A program made the position numbers and the translations under genes. Under the pieces are notes generated by a model that was not told the origin of the DNA, did no database searches, and saw only the letters and a program-made list of their open reading frames with translations. 64,000 nucleotides of DNA from Eledone cirrhosa (lineage: Eukaryota), in NCBI GenBank assembly GCA_964016885.1, contig OZ024741.1:82646001-82710000 (forward strand), read 5' to 3'. Numbering within the stretch: the stretch's first letter is position 1; the number at the start of each line of letters is the position of its first letter. Positions 61,845-64,000 of the stretch are shown here, piece after piece.

Positions 61845-62704
61845 GTTCATTGCCCTTAAAACGTTCTGACTTCTCTCTCCCACGTGTAGCTGGACGGTCG
61901 CTTTAAAAATTCTCTTAGTGTTGTCTGAAATGTATAGCATTACACACGCTGATGAACCGAGGTTATATCATTTCTGTCAACAACTTGCTGGCGAAACAGA
62001 TCACTTTGGATTTGTACGTTTGTTATATAGTTATAGAGGTATATTTACGCTTTAATTTATATTTTTAATTATCGTGTCTATACTCTGCCTTTCATAGGTT
62101 ATAAATTCCTTACACTGGTGGTTTTTCCCTGTTTTATTGATAGCGCACTGTATCTCTCTCTAGTGTGTTTACCTTTTCAACATATTGTAATTTAAAGAGC
62201 TCAGGATTTCCTCTTATTTGAATACATTATTTACGGGGAACGACGAGAGTCTATCGCTCCGTTAATCTATCGTGATATATAGCTCCTTATAACAGTCTTT
62301 CCTCTCTCTCTGTTTCGTTGAGCACACTTGTCTGAGTGGTTTGGGGCTGCCCTTTCTAGCAGCTCGTCTCTCAGATGCCACTGGTTCACGGCCCTTAAAC
62401 ACCGTGTGACTTCTCTCTCCCACTTGTAGCTGGACGGTCGCTTTAAAAATTATCTTAGTGTTGTCTGAAATGTATAGCCTTAGACACGCTGATGAACCGG
62501 GGTTATTTCATTTCTGTCAACACCTTACTGGCGAAACAGATCCCTTTGGATTTGTACGTGTGTTATATAGTTATAGAGGTATTTATTTACGCTTTAATTT
62601 ATGTTTTTAATTATCGTGTCTAAACTCTGCCTTTCATAGTTTATAGATTCCATACACTGGTGGTGTTTCTCTGTTTTATTGATAGCGCACTGTATCTCTC
62701 TCTA
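61843..62704 (+). mobile_element. ~320-bp direct repeats (period 540) with a CTGATGA..CGAAAC motif; pseudo-LTR/TRIM-like mini-element
   Basis: 61843-62164 is similar to 62382-62704; bounded by microsatellites. Confidence 0.65.
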
Positions 62705-63267
62705 GATACATACTGTATTTTATATATATATATATATATACCATTAGAATATGCTTCCAAACAATTATATATACCATAATTTAATTTACAATTGTTACAT
62801 CGAAGCTGATATAAATTTTAAACCTACACCTTTCCAGTTTTTTATCATTGATATACACACGTGCACCCAGACGCTCTCACTTATAGCGTGTCGATAGAAC
62901 AAAAATACTGAATATAAATCAAAGTACACATATAAGTACACATAACTATACAATAAATTATAGATACATAATAAAAAGGGGAGACATAACATATATAAGT
63001 GGGCGTATCATTAAATCAATTTGAAGACAAGTATTTAATAAATATATTATATAAAAACGAATTATTATAAATAGTTAACAGGAGATATGAAGATTGTAAA
63101 ATCACTAAAAATGGAGGATGATACGAGCAGATGTACTGAGACTAGGAACATATATTTTCTGGTAATTATGACAGGTAGATGTAGATGAACATGAGTAATA
63201 ACAAACATACTGCTGCAATGATACTAGATACTAAATTATAACGATTAAATAATGCAATAAATAATCT

Positions 63268-63380
<113 letters not shown>

Positions 63381-64000
63381 AGATTATATTAATAAAAGGA
63401 ATTCCAACTTTGTCTGATTTACTCGTTTTATTTACAATCCTTTAAAATTATAATGATATTATAATGAAATGGTATGGTAGAATATTAAATGTTAAATTTA
63501 ATTGAACAAATACGTTCAATTAACAATCGCTTTAGCAATCTTCTGTGGTGACAGACAAGTTTCCAATTTTCAACTGTAATGAGATGGCTCAAATCTGTGC
63601 CTCATATACAGTAAAAAGGGGCTACAGAATACTAAGTTTTGCAAACTGTGATTCGACGAACCGGTGCGTGGTTTCACTAGATTACTAAAGCTGACTGGTT
63701 TAGGCATCATGGTTGGTTGAGCATGTCTAACGACTTCTATTTGACCCTAACCAAAGCATCAATTGTTTAGCTATTTTTAGAAATGATGAAAATAGCATTT
63801 TCTAGAGTTTTTATAAAAAATCTGCAGTAATCATCAATATTAACATCACTTTTTTATTATTATTGTTAGTGTTGATAGTGGTGGTAGTCGACATGGTCGT
63901 AGGCGTAGTCGTAGTAGAAGTAATACCCCTAAGCATTATTATTGCTCATTTAGCTTGGGTTGGAATTTATCTATAAAATTATTTTCTTTAATTTTTCTCT

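Overview
AT-rich, very microsatellite-dense eukaryotic DNA with no confidently identifiable host gene. The tRNA-headed SINE family and the (TA)n/(CA)n/(GA)n density suggest an octopus or other cephalopod genome (inference). The window is a mosaic of mobile-element relics. It holds a full-length but frameshifted Helitron (19010-24607, minus strand; intact A|TC and hairpin-CTAG|T termini; stacked alternative 5' ends) and a second Helitron fragment. It also has several Penelope-like element (PLE) RT/GIY-YIG fragments, CR1-, RTE- and R4-like LINE fragments and many SINEs. The main hidden signal is RNA-structural. (1) A ~422-bp tandem repeat at three separate loci carries one minimal type I hammerhead ribozyme (HHR) per monomer, with structure-preserving variation; it is a candidate non-LTR retrozyme (circular-RNA retroelement) family. 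(2) Eight further HHR-like motifs from unrelated sequence families occur; seven lie ~40-70 nt upstream of a (TA)n or TA/GA tract. (3) Many fold-back (inverted) duplications are bounded by TA tracts, including truncated PLEs enclosed by inverted copies of their 3' flank and a family of palindrome-capped PLE mini-elements. Almost all ORFs in the supplied track are microsatellite artefacts. All folds and alignments were done by eye and need computational confirmation.
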